Source: Orbicella franksi
Taxonomy: Eukaryota
DNA length: 64,000 nucleotides
Reading direction: 5' to 3'
Assembly: GCA_964199315.1 (NCBI GenBank)
Contig: OZ116711.1
Location: 1,984,001-2,048,000 of the forward strand
The notes under the pieces are model-generated. The model had not been told where the DNA came from. It did not search any database and saw only the letters and a list, made by a program, of their open reading frames with translations. Positions 26,001-38,000 of this stretch are shown here, in pieces. The first letter of the stretch is position 1. Each line of letters opens with the position of its first letter. The position numbers and the translations under genes were made by a program.

Positions 26001-29000
26001 CCGAGTTGCAAACTCAATATGTTAGGAGTCATAGTCTGTGGCAAGTCTGAGAGGTTTTGTTTCCTGAGAGAAACCAGAATTAAATACATATAATCTCTAC
26101 CTTCACAACAGACACTTCCATAATACATGTACATTTATTCACGTCCACCCCTATGATGTCCATGTTTAAGAGGTTTGACTGCGACTAAATTTTTTTGAAC
26201 TGTTTTTTCTGTTTATATAATATATTCCTTATCAACAGGGTAGTTACCTGTTTACAACTTATCGCCCAGTGGAACAACTTCAACAATTATTTATACAGAG
26301 TCAGGGATTTGACTCTGACTCAGTGCGAGCTTTTTTCAAGCTATATAAGGTGAGTAAAAAAGTTATTTACTGGTAACCATCTGGCACAATTTTATGGTTC
26401 TTATGAATGTTTCAATAAGAGCCTGCAACTGGAAAAATTGTGCTATGAACTTGAATTAAATTCACCAAAATTTGCCCCTTATGTTCTGTGAAATTAATAA
26501 TATCATGGTTAAAATTGAACTTCCATCAGCTGCTTATTTTGCAGTTTGGGCTACCTGCCAAAAAAACCCTATTGAAACCATGTTCTTATGTATCTTGTGC
26601 TAAATAGTTATGTAATAACTAAAACCACACAAAGATGTTGAAATGTACATGTGAAAACCCCTCCATTTTCACCGGGGGGTTTTAGTTTTCATATTGTAAA
26701 AATTTTATGTATTTTAGCCTTACTCTAGCTAGCACCTATACTATACTTGCATGTATGTGCTATGTACAATTTGTCATAAAGTGCGCAAGAGACATCTCAT
26801 CTAGCTCAATTTACTAACATGGGGCAATATTTTTCTTCCATTTGTTCTTACAACCCATTCATGTTTTTTTTTGCTATCATGGTATTAATGTCATATTTCA
26901 TGACTTGTACAGGAAGACCAGGCATGTGCAACATGTCTTGTTTTGGCTTGCTCTGCACAAACATCCCAACAGCAGGTGAGTATTGTCACAAAAAGAGTGT
27001 TGTTATAAGTATTATCATCATGGTAATTTCTGTGTCAAGTCACTTGAATCAAAATTAAGGGGTCAATAACATTTTGGGAAAAACTCGCACTAAAATATAC
27101 TGGTATATCAATGTTGTCTAGATTGCAGAGTGGGCCACAAGAGCTTTTTTCAAATATGGAGAATCAGTGTCCCACCACCCCTCACCTGCAGGTACAGGAG
27201 TCCACCCCACTGAGACGGGTACCGGTCTCGGAGGTAGCTACATAGCCTCCCCAGGTAGGCCTGGCTACGGAAGTCCTGGGTTTGTGACGTCGACACCTCA
27301 GTATGGTAGCATGGGGCAAGCCGTTGTGAGAGCTGAAGTGACAAGATCCAGTAAACATGACGGGTTGTGCCTTTACTTTGCAAGAATACTAGAGTACGTA
27401 TCTTGAAATTTTATAAAATGTGGTTATACCCTATGGGATCCAAAATGCAGTATTCCACCTCTAACTGGTACAATAAGCTTTGTGTAAGTGCTATATATTG
27501 TAGAGGTGTGGTGGCCTCATGGTTACTGTGCTTCACTCCGGATTGAGCAGTCCAGGTTCAAGCCCTGGCCAGAGACATTGTTTTGTGTTCTTGGGCAAGA
27601 CACTGTACTCTTACAGTGCCTCTCTCCATCCAGGTGTACAAATGGGTACTGCCGAATTTGATGCTGGGGGTAACCCTGCGATGGACTAGCCTCTCATCTA
27701 GGGGGGGAGTGGAAATACTCCTAGTTGCTTCTTGCGACAGAAAGTGGAGTTAAGCGCTGACCTGATGGGCCACGTGGCTCATATACAGACTCTTTTTTGA
27801 CTGTATACCAAATGGAGTTCCAACTTCTGCTTTTCCTGATATTTAGATAATGAGAACTAAAACTCTTTTGTTACTTCAAGTTGGATTACCATTGTAGACT
27901 CTCAAGTCACAACTGTTTATGTATTTTTTCCTGTATTACTGACATTGTCCTATTTTTGGTAGAACTATCTGGGATGCAAGATTAGTGTTTGAAGATTTCT
28001 TAATGCCTCTTCCATCAGAACCACAACAGGTAAAACTTGTTAATTTTGATGCAGTGTTGGATTTTTCTGGTTTCTGATTTTTCTTTTGTTTCTGGTACAT
28101 TTACCTTAAAAATCTATGAAAAACAATTGTCACATCATCATGCATTCTGTGTACAGGTTTCTGGCATTTTCTGAGAAGTCCTTGAATTCAAAAACGTTTT
28201 GTAAAGTCCTTGAATTCTATGGCCTTGAGAGTGGCCTATAATTTACCAACATCCCATCCTGGAAGACAAATTTTATGAGATTGGCCTTGCTTTGCTTTGA
28301 TTTTGCAAGTAAAGCTAAGGTAGCATTAGAGCATTTGGTCGTTCTTGCTGCTTCGTTTTAAGTCAGGTACATTTTGTAGACTGGCCTGGGTCCTTGTGTT
28401 GTGTTCTTGGCAACAGACTTTACTATCAGTGCCTCTCTCCACCCAGGTGTATAAAAGGGTACTGGTGAATTTAATGCTGGGAGTAACCCATCAGTGGACT
28501 AGCATCCCATTCAGGGGAGAAAAGAAATACTCCTAGTCGCTTTATGCTACGTATCTATCAGAGTGAAGCACTAGCTGTATGGGCTGCTAGGCTCAAACAC
28601 TGCTTCACCTTAACCTATGTTTGTAGACTTCAGAACATTACTGAGGAAACAAAGTGAAGAGATATTACATGTAACAGCTTTTTGACATTTTTTTTTGTTA
28701 ATGATATTGTTTTTACTGTTTAGCCAACTCCAGTGTTAAGGAGTGTACATAATGTTGAGCAACTTGGATGGGTCTTAGAAAAATTGCGACAGCTTCAAAT
28801 GTGGATGGAACAAAATCTGCGGTTTATGCTTCCTAACCTGGAAGGAGGGTGAGAATGTTAAACTGTATCTTCTCATCACTTCATCACTTGTTGATGTATT
28901 GACATTGTAAGGAGAAATTAATAGATTATCAGTTTGTTAATTCTCCTTACTGGTTGCATTATGTTTCTTTTAGTGTTAGTTCAGAGAAGTTTTTGTTATG

Positions 29001-32000
29001 TCAAGACAGTAATCCATCGCTTGTGATGATGATTTTCTTTATTCTTATCACCCGCTAGTTTGATTGATCATGTGTATTAAAGGAGCTACATCACAGTTAT
29101 CATCACGGTCTTAAAAAGTTTAGCCTAAATTTATCATGTTCCATGTTCGTAATCCATGTTAATTTTCTCCATCCTCGACAATCCTTGTTCCTTTATGGTT
29201 TATTATTATCTCTTTAGTGTTTGTCAATTTTGGTAAACCACCATTTTCAGGTTTCTTTCAATTTAAAGGTAATTTTGTACTTGGCCAAGACAACCCCAAA
29301 TGCTGCAACTGACCTCCTTTAAATTTGTTAGCACAAATCAGATGTTAATTATTGGGATTTTAAAGATTAAAATCTTAAATCCAAAAAGACATTAAATGAT
29401 AATGAAATGAAGCAAAGATAAAGTGAATGTTTTTCCTTGTAGTTTCCCCAGAGTTCCAGTGGCTGGTGCACAGTCACTTCTCCAACAAACACATCAAGGT
29501 TAGTGTTATCAGGGAAATTTTTTCCCTCAGCATAAAAGAGAACAGGTTCTGTATGATTTTAGTCTTAACTATCTGCATAAGTTAACAAACTGACATCAGT
29601 TTTTCATGTATCTGTCCCGTTATTGATCATGAATTTTGTCATAACATTGTCAAGGTAGCTGTGGGTTCACGACGCGATGGTCGAGTAGATCCGCAGACTT
29701 CTTTGACAACGTTATGACATAAAAAACATGTTAGATGACACATGAACGTGAATCAGATCTTATTCTGTAACTTTGTTAATAGTTCTTCAATGATTTACAT
29801 GTAAACGTGGTCATGTCGTGTGTGCTTATTTAACTTTGGAACTTTACTTTTTCCTTTAATGTTGTACCTGTTGGGTTTTTTTGTTTGTTTTAGCATCAGC
29901 TGAAGCACTTCATGCAGAAAAAACCTTTGTCATTAACTTCAAGTCCCTGATAGACCGGTCTTTGGAGACACTGTGCTTGTGGCAAGTTCTTAATGAGCAC
30001 AATGTTGAGGATGTGATATTTCACCTTGACACGGTAAGACATTTTTTTAATTTTGTAAAAGTGGTGTTTAGGAAAATCCAGTTCCTTTTTATGTAATTAC
30101 TTTTAGTTGGGAAAGGAATACCTGAACATGTTTTGAGAAACACGAGAGGAGATTGTACTTAGGTATCCAATGGTATTCTAACACTTAGTCCTAAATAGAA
30201 TTCTGTTCTTGGTTTCTTGATGCTTGTTTTTTCTGTGTTGGAATTTCAGGTGATAAGAGAACATCTGAAACACATCAAATTTAGAGACCTAGTAACTACT
30301 GGGCAAGAGGTAAGTTAGGTGCTTATTAATATTCAGGCAGTTCTATTGTAAATTTTACTGACAGAGTCTTGCAGTTCTACAACTGCCAGCTGGTATGCCA
30401 TTGTTGGTAACTAGATTGCCAGTGATTTCAGTTGAACTTAGCACCTTATGTGGCTAGTATCACTATTAAGTATCACTTAAGTGTCACTTAAAGTGGGGAC
30501 AAGGACCCCCCCCCCCTCCCTGTGCATGCACAGGACGCATGTTGCAGGGGCAGTTTGCAAACTGGTGGACACAAAGCAGATATTGGTTCAATTCTATGTT
30601 TTAGTGAGGACAGTTTGCAAGAACAGTGCACACTGAAAACTGACATCATTTCACCCCTGCTTCATGATGCACAAATTAAAACCAGCTGAATTTCTTGTAA
30701 CATGTTGCTGGGACAAAATTTTGACCCTGCAATAGAACTTTTCTGCAAAAATGGGCATGTCACACTAGGAAAACTGATGTTGCAGCATGTCCTGCTTCAT
30801 GTCTCCACAACAAGTCCTCTAGCTTGTGCTGAAAATTTACACCTGTATACTGAAATACAACAGCAGATTGGTTCAAAATTGTATTTTTATTTCTACAGAT
30901 TTGCAGCTCTCTTATTTCAGCATTAATGAACTGCTATCTAGATGACAGTGCTTCTACTGATGCCATTAGCGAGAGATTGCGGGATCTCTGTCCAAGTTTA
31001 TTCAGTAATGATGATGCTCTGTCCACAAAGGTAAAGACATCACTGCAGGAGTAACATTCCACAATGCTCAAATATCATTTTTGTTTTTACCATCTGGCTT
31101 TACTATTCCTATTGCTAGATAAATGATTAGGGCAGTTCTTTTACAATTTGATTGCTTTTCCTTGACAGATATACAGTCATGTAGCTGTAACCTTTTGATT
31201 GGTGAAAGTGACATTCGCAGACTTTGCATGTTTGGACAATTGTGGTGGCATTCAACATAAAAACTAAGTTTAATTGAATGTCAGATAATGATCTGCACGT
31301 GAAGTTAGACTAGGGATGAAAAAAAAAAGTATGTGACAGTGACCCTTAGAAGTGTAGTAAATAAGGGATTATCTACGGGACAAAATATTTTCCATGAAGA
31401 ACATTTTTTAAACTGTTTGTGAAACTCAAACTTAAATTTCGGATCACCAACACTTGTGATAAATATTTCTTGAGAAAACAAAGTTCTGTATTTGTTTAAA
31501 TTGCTTGAATTCACATCTTGTTTTCACAAATGAAAAAGGTTAAATTAGTAAGAAACAAACCATTCTGACCACAGCATTTTAATTAATTATCTGCATTCCA
31601 TTTCTTATTAGGCAGGTGAACTTCTAATGCTGGCCAAAAGAAGTAGAGACAAAATGGAACAAGAAAGCATTCTCAAAGATGCACTTCAGGTCAGTTTTGT
31701 GGTGATTTAGCCATGTATTAGCAGCAAGTTGGCACTCTGTAAAGAAAACTATAAAGTTATAGGTAACACAAGTTTTCAGAATTATAAGAGTGTCATTATC
31801 AAATTTCATGTCTACTTGCTGATGTGAAGAAGACGATGTTGTGTTTGTTATCCTTTATTTCACTACCAAACAGACTCATTGTTTTGTGTGCTTTTAACTT
31901 CCAGTGTTATCGACAAGTGACTCATCAAATCAATCTAGAAGTGATATGCTCTTTGTTTGAATCAGGTGGGACTGAGATCAATATACAATTTACAGTTGTT

Positions 32001-35000
32001 TTGTTAACAAGTAGATTTTTAGTGTGTATGACAGATACTTTTGCAAGAGTGAAGAATCTGATCCCACCTATACATCAGCTAATGGTGCAGCCAACAAGTT
32101 GGCTGACAGTCAGCCAACATGTCAGTCACTTAACAACCTTATAAAGTTACAAGATGCATCAGTGTTGTGTTGGTAGGGCATCAGTAGTGCATAAGGTCAT
32201 GATATGGAAATTGAAAAAAATGGATATCCTTTTTGTACACCACAGATACCAATTTGAAAACATGACAATTCACTTCCGGTCCCAAAAATGCCCCACGTAA
32301 CCCACCCCTAGGTCTACCATCCTTGCTATTACCATAATGTTTTGTTGATGTTATTACTCTTTTCACTTTTGAAATGAATGATGTAAATGTAACCTTAAGG
32401 TTTTTGTTTTTTAAGTGAGATTCTATGAGGGCATGGTGGAGTTGTCTTTATATGCTGCCCTCAAGCGGGACCCCCAGGGGCTAGCTTTGCACTTCTATAG
32501 GAACGGTGAGCCACGTGGTGATGTGCAAGGAGAGGAAGCCTTTATTGCCAGGTAATTTATTTGGAACTAAAACTGTGAAGATATGTAAAGAATTATGTCA
32601 TGTTTTGTTTTGAAGCCTTTGTTTGTTAAAGAAATTCAATTATTCATTTAACAAAGGAAATTTAAGGGTCGCCACAGGTCCAGGGGAGAAAATGCTTTAA
32701 GGTCAGGGAATTTTATTTTGAGTCAGGGAACGTTGACATTTTGAAGAAAAGTGGAGGGAAAATTGAAATAATTTAACACAGCTGATTTAATAATAATTTT
32801 TAGTCAGTCTCAATGAATAGGTGGAAAAGCCGGCTGTAAGGGGAGGCTAGGAACTACTTCTATGTCTGAAATTTTGTATTTACATGGTTAGGGAAATTTG
32901 AAGATTGATATTTTTGTGATTTCTGTGGCAAATCATTTCTAATATTCACTAAGAAATCAAAGCTGTTGCATTGTTGTGTTTTGCCTTTCAAAAATGGTAA
33001 TATGTTCAGAATTTCATTGTAACATGTGTTTGACAGAATTTTAGGGAAGGGGTCTATTCTCATCTTTTAGAGAAACATTTGTAATTAAAGTACTTTTCTC
33101 ATAAACAATCAGCAAATGGTTTGAAATTGTTTGCAAATCCCAATAGACCAATTTCGATATATTAAAATTCAGCCTAACACAATAGACCTCAGCACGAGGC
33201 TCTGGGGAATAACTACAGAGTTTGTGGGGTTTATTCCGCAGAGCCTCGTGCTGAGGTCTATTGTGTTAGGCTGAATTCTAATATATTGAAATTGGTCTAT
33301 TGTTTCTGTTCTGGTTTGTGCATTGAAAATTTTCTCACATCAACTATTTACTAAAGAGAGTGTTGTTTGTTTCAGACAACAGTGTTACAAGTGTGTTCTC
33401 GACAGTTTACAGCGCCTTCTGGTAATGAAAACAGCTCCTTCCCAGTCTCCTGGTCGACCAACACTGCCAGGGCCTCCACCCACCCCAGACCCCAATGCAA
33501 TGACTCCACTTGATGCTGACAAGCTGGTAAGCAATAAATTGACTTTTTTTTATCAGACTTGAGTTCAAAAACATTTTATATTAACTTTTTACCATATATT
33601 TGTTGTAATATTAGTTCAATTAATTTGTTTAATGTTACTGGGACAAATACAGTTTACTCAGTGTTCTTATTGGTTTATCTTTTGTACAAAGTATGACCAA
33701 AGTGAGATTTTTAGATTTTATTAAATGAACTCTAAAGAACAATATTATTTTACAACAATGTAATACGTCTCTGACAAAAACTCAGTGTGTCTGTACTAAG
33801 AATGAAAATTTGTTCTGTGAGGTTTTTAGTGTGTTTGGTTTAGAGACTGAATTGTTGTTGCTTTTGACACTAGATGGAAGAAGTTTTGTCATATTCACTG
33901 TCGTATGGAGATGAATTGTGGCATGTTGTGTTGTATCAGTGGTTAATTGACAATGCACTCACTGATAGACTACTTGAGGTAAGATTTGTATCTTCTTATT
34001 AACCCTTTGTTTTTAACCCCTCTAAAGATGACTTGCAATCAGGTTGTCGAAACGTCAGTCACCAAACAACCACTCTTTTCAAAATTACCCTCACACGGAC
34101 AATCACACAAGATGAACTGCCTTTACATCACAAGCTCAATGTATTAATTCTCCATATGTAACCCTTTCAGTCCAAAGTTCAAAATTTCATTTTTACTGAC
34201 AGCCATCAGTTCTTTTGCTGTCAGTTCTTACTACTTGATGTTACATCAAGACAATATCACTTAACTGATGGTTCTCTTTATTCTCACTACCCATTTGCCT
34301 GACAATGTATTAGTCTTGTGATGAGAAATTAGATTCTGATCACTCCTAGACTTTAATGGCATAACAAGGCTGTGCTCTAAGAAAAATTCTAGAGAGCCCT
34401 TTGGGCACCCAACCTTGTAGGCTAGGGTGCCGAGAAGTCAAGCTCGGTGACCCAAACAAATACAAAACAATTCAAAAATTAATTAATTGATTAATTAATT
34501 ATAATTATCTAATAACATTATTAATAAATACATGTAACCGATTGACCCTTAAATAAAAATGTCTTGCATTGTTTATAGGGGATTTATCCTGTTTTCATAT
34601 GCCAAAGATAAAGGTTCACATTTAATTTTTGTAATACTGTTGTCAAAAGCCGTAAAGAAAGACAAAATTTACACGTTTTTTTGAGTTAATGTGGTTGTTA
34701 TAAGTAGAAAATTAAGTCCTTTTACAATTCCCTTTTTCCCTCTATAGTTCACATTCTCTCTCAATTAGGGACTTCATGCACATTACACAAACCACAAGAA
34801 CTAAGAAGACTTTTTGTTGACGTTATACGGATTAAACATGGAAACTGCTGTCTGTATCACTGCAGGCCAGTGTTAATGTACGCATTGAACCGAGCCATTG
34901 AACGACCGATGTTTTGACTTCATAGAGGGATTTAAACATTCTGAATTGAGCCATTTTGCCTTCTAAACTTGAATACAACACAAGAAATTAAAAAGGGAAA

Positions 35001-38000
35001 GACAAATTTATTATTGTGAGACTATTTTCATCTTTAAGTTAAATCTCAAAAAGGAGGTGGCCTGGCCGGGTGACCAGGTATGTTTTTCTTGTTGCCTGAA
35101 GATGAAAGCCAGTTGCTTTTCGTGGAAGGTGGCATATTGTAGTCAGTACACAGGAATCTGGATCAAGAAATCTGGGTTTGAGCCCTTGTTGGGGACATTG
35201 TGTTGTGTTCTTCAGCAAGGCATTTCACTCCCACGGTGCTTTTCTACACCCAGATGTAAAATTGGTTTGTTGTGAACTGTTACGGTTACCTAACCTCACT
35301 TTAAGGATTTTAACTTGTGATAGACTAGCATCCCATTGAGGGGAAGTAGCAATACTCCTAGACACTTCTTGTTACCAAAAACAGAGTTATCTAGCACTCT
35401 TATGAGTAACTACACTCCTAATAGGCTTGCTACATCACTGAGCTAACCTTTAGCTCACTGTTCTTCATGCAAGCTTTCAAAGGAGACTGATATTCTCATT
35501 TGCTTTGTGTTAAGATCAAATCTCCACACCTGGAGGCATTTCTCAAGAGATCGTCAACACAACAGCAGCCAGGAGAATTGAAGATCTTGGACTTGCTGTG
35601 GAAATATTATGAGAAGACAAAGAACTACTCTGCAGCTGCTAGAGTTCTCTCTAAACTGTCTGAGAAAGAGAGGTAATCACAATATTATCTGCTGCCTGCT
35701 GATGTAAAATTCTCTCCTAGTACTTCTCAAACTCATTAATAATTCCTCAAGGTTCTACAATGGAAATCATGACTGTGATAGTTGTTTGGATATGTTAACA
35801 ATTTTATTTCTCCGTTTACCCCTTAGTTTTAGTTTCGATTGAGAAGATATATCAAACACTCAAGACAGTGTTTCACCACCTTTTCAAACACCTTGAAGTT
35901 TGTCAAAAATACTTCACTTCACATGTCTGGAAATGTGGTCAAACATGGTCTTTTGTGTTTGATATATTACTTATGGAAATGGCTTGTAAGGAAAATGTTT
36001 CTCTCTTGATATATGTTTTGGAGACACTATCACAGCAATTATGCTGAATATTTGCCCCATAAAAAGTTAAAACAGAGCTAAAATTGTAAAGACATGAATG
36101 ATCATCACAGATATGTACACAAGTTAACCAGTTTTGAAAAAATGCCCAAAAAAATTAGCTAATATTGAAACTTCAATGGGATTCAAATCCATGACCCCTG
36201 TGATACCAATGCAGTGCTTTAGCACTTGAGCTATCTTTACATCTTTGGGGGTGGTGAATGGTGAACATGACACTTTGTGGCATTTTTCTTTCCAAGCCGA
36301 AGACATTTGTGAGACCAGAACTTCAAAGTGTTTTAACAAAAGGAGACTTTGAGAGCTGTTACATTCGACAAAAATTTGGCTAGACCGATGGTTGTTGATA
36401 GACCATCTACCACCCCTAGATTTGGAAATTCAAGTTTTGTCCTGTTAAATATTAAAAATTCAAGATTTGGCTTCCCAAAATTGAAAATTACTGGCTTGCC
36501 AAATATTGACAATTCAATATTTTGCCTGCCAACTATTGAAAATTCATGGCAAACCTTGAAAATTCAAGATTAGGCAATTCAAGATTTGGTCTGCCAAATA
36601 TTGAAAATTCAAAATTTGGAAATTCAAGATTTGGTCTCCCAAATATTGAAAATTTAAGATTTGAAAATTCAAGATTGGGTCCATTAAGTATTGAATATAG
36701 AAGATTTGGTCTGCCAAATATTGAAAATTCAAGATTTGGAAATTCAAGATTTTGCGTTTCAAGATTTGATTTGCCATATATCGAAAATTCAAGATCTGGA
36801 AATTCAGTATTTCGCCTGACAATGATTGAAAGTTCAAGATTTAGCTATCTTTCTGCGCTGTTCAAAGTGAAGATCTTTTGTATATTTGCTTGCAGTGTTT
36901 AAACGGAAACTGAACACCTACGCTTGTACACAGAATACTAGGAAGACGTCAAGTGAATTGTGGAAAGAAAACCAAATTATGATTAATTTCAAGAGACAAC
37001 AACAATGTTTTTTTTAGGTCTACCAGACTATTCAAATTTGACACCACCACCCTGTGCGTACCTAACCTATAACGACACACTCTTTAAGCCTCAGTGCTTT
37101 TGTGTATTAATTTTCAACCAAACTAGACCATTAATTTTAGGTGTTCATCAAAGAAAATATATCATATTCATGATGTGCCTGTTTAAATTTCAGCCCAGAC
37201 GTGACCCTTGAATCAAGATTAGAGTACCTGGCTCGTGCTATTATGAGTGCTAAGAGTTGTAACCTGAGGACTGCTGGTAGCGGCGAGGGAGAATTCTTGC
37301 ACGAATTGGAAGAGAAGCTGGAAGTGGCACGCATCCAGATGCAGGTTTATCAAGCTCTGGTCAATTTAAGGGCTGTTAATCCATCAAGGCGCGTTACTCA
37401 AGCTTTGGCAGCTTTGGATTCACGACTCTTGGATGTAACTACAGTAAGAATGATTAAATTGTGTGTTGTATTTGTCTTTGTATTTTTTATTTCTCCACTT
37501 CACGATTTGATTACAGTATTGCTAAAAATAAGTACAGTGAAAGGAAAGTGGAAAGGGCACAATATAGTAAACTAATTATATGCCCTTTAATCAAATACAT
37601 TTATTTTAGAAATTGTAAATATCTTGTTAACATCGAGGAATGTTATAAAATTTTAAGGTTGCTTTGGTGTGTGATGATGAATATTGTTGGTAAATATGGT
37701 CAGGGAAATCCCCCTTCCGGGGGGAGCTGATTCTGATTCTGTCATTCTTCTTTCAATGAACTTCGCCATTCATTCCGTGTGTTTATTTAGCTGTATGGAG
37801 ATTTTGCTGACGAGTTCGGGTTGTCTGAGTGCAAACTGGCCATTGTTCATTGTGCTGGACATTATGATCCCATCCTGATTGAAACTTTGTGGAGAGACAT
37901 CATCGAGGCTGGTATGTATTTGTTGTTATGTTGTGACAGCAAGGTAAACACAAACAGGGGAGTAGGGTTGGCACAGCAGTGAGAGCGCTCACCTCCCACC

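Noticed and set aside
27397-27404. GTATCTTG as a second U12-like donor
   Set aside because: It departs from GTATCCTT and is phase-incompatible with the next exon. The GTACGT donor at 27394 gives the correct frame.
27502-27570. tRNA gene
   Set aside because: The A/B boxes belong to a SINE head; there is no complete cloverleaf.
36544-36902. Repetitive ORFs on both strands
   Set aside because: Artefacts of a triplet-periodic minisatellite.
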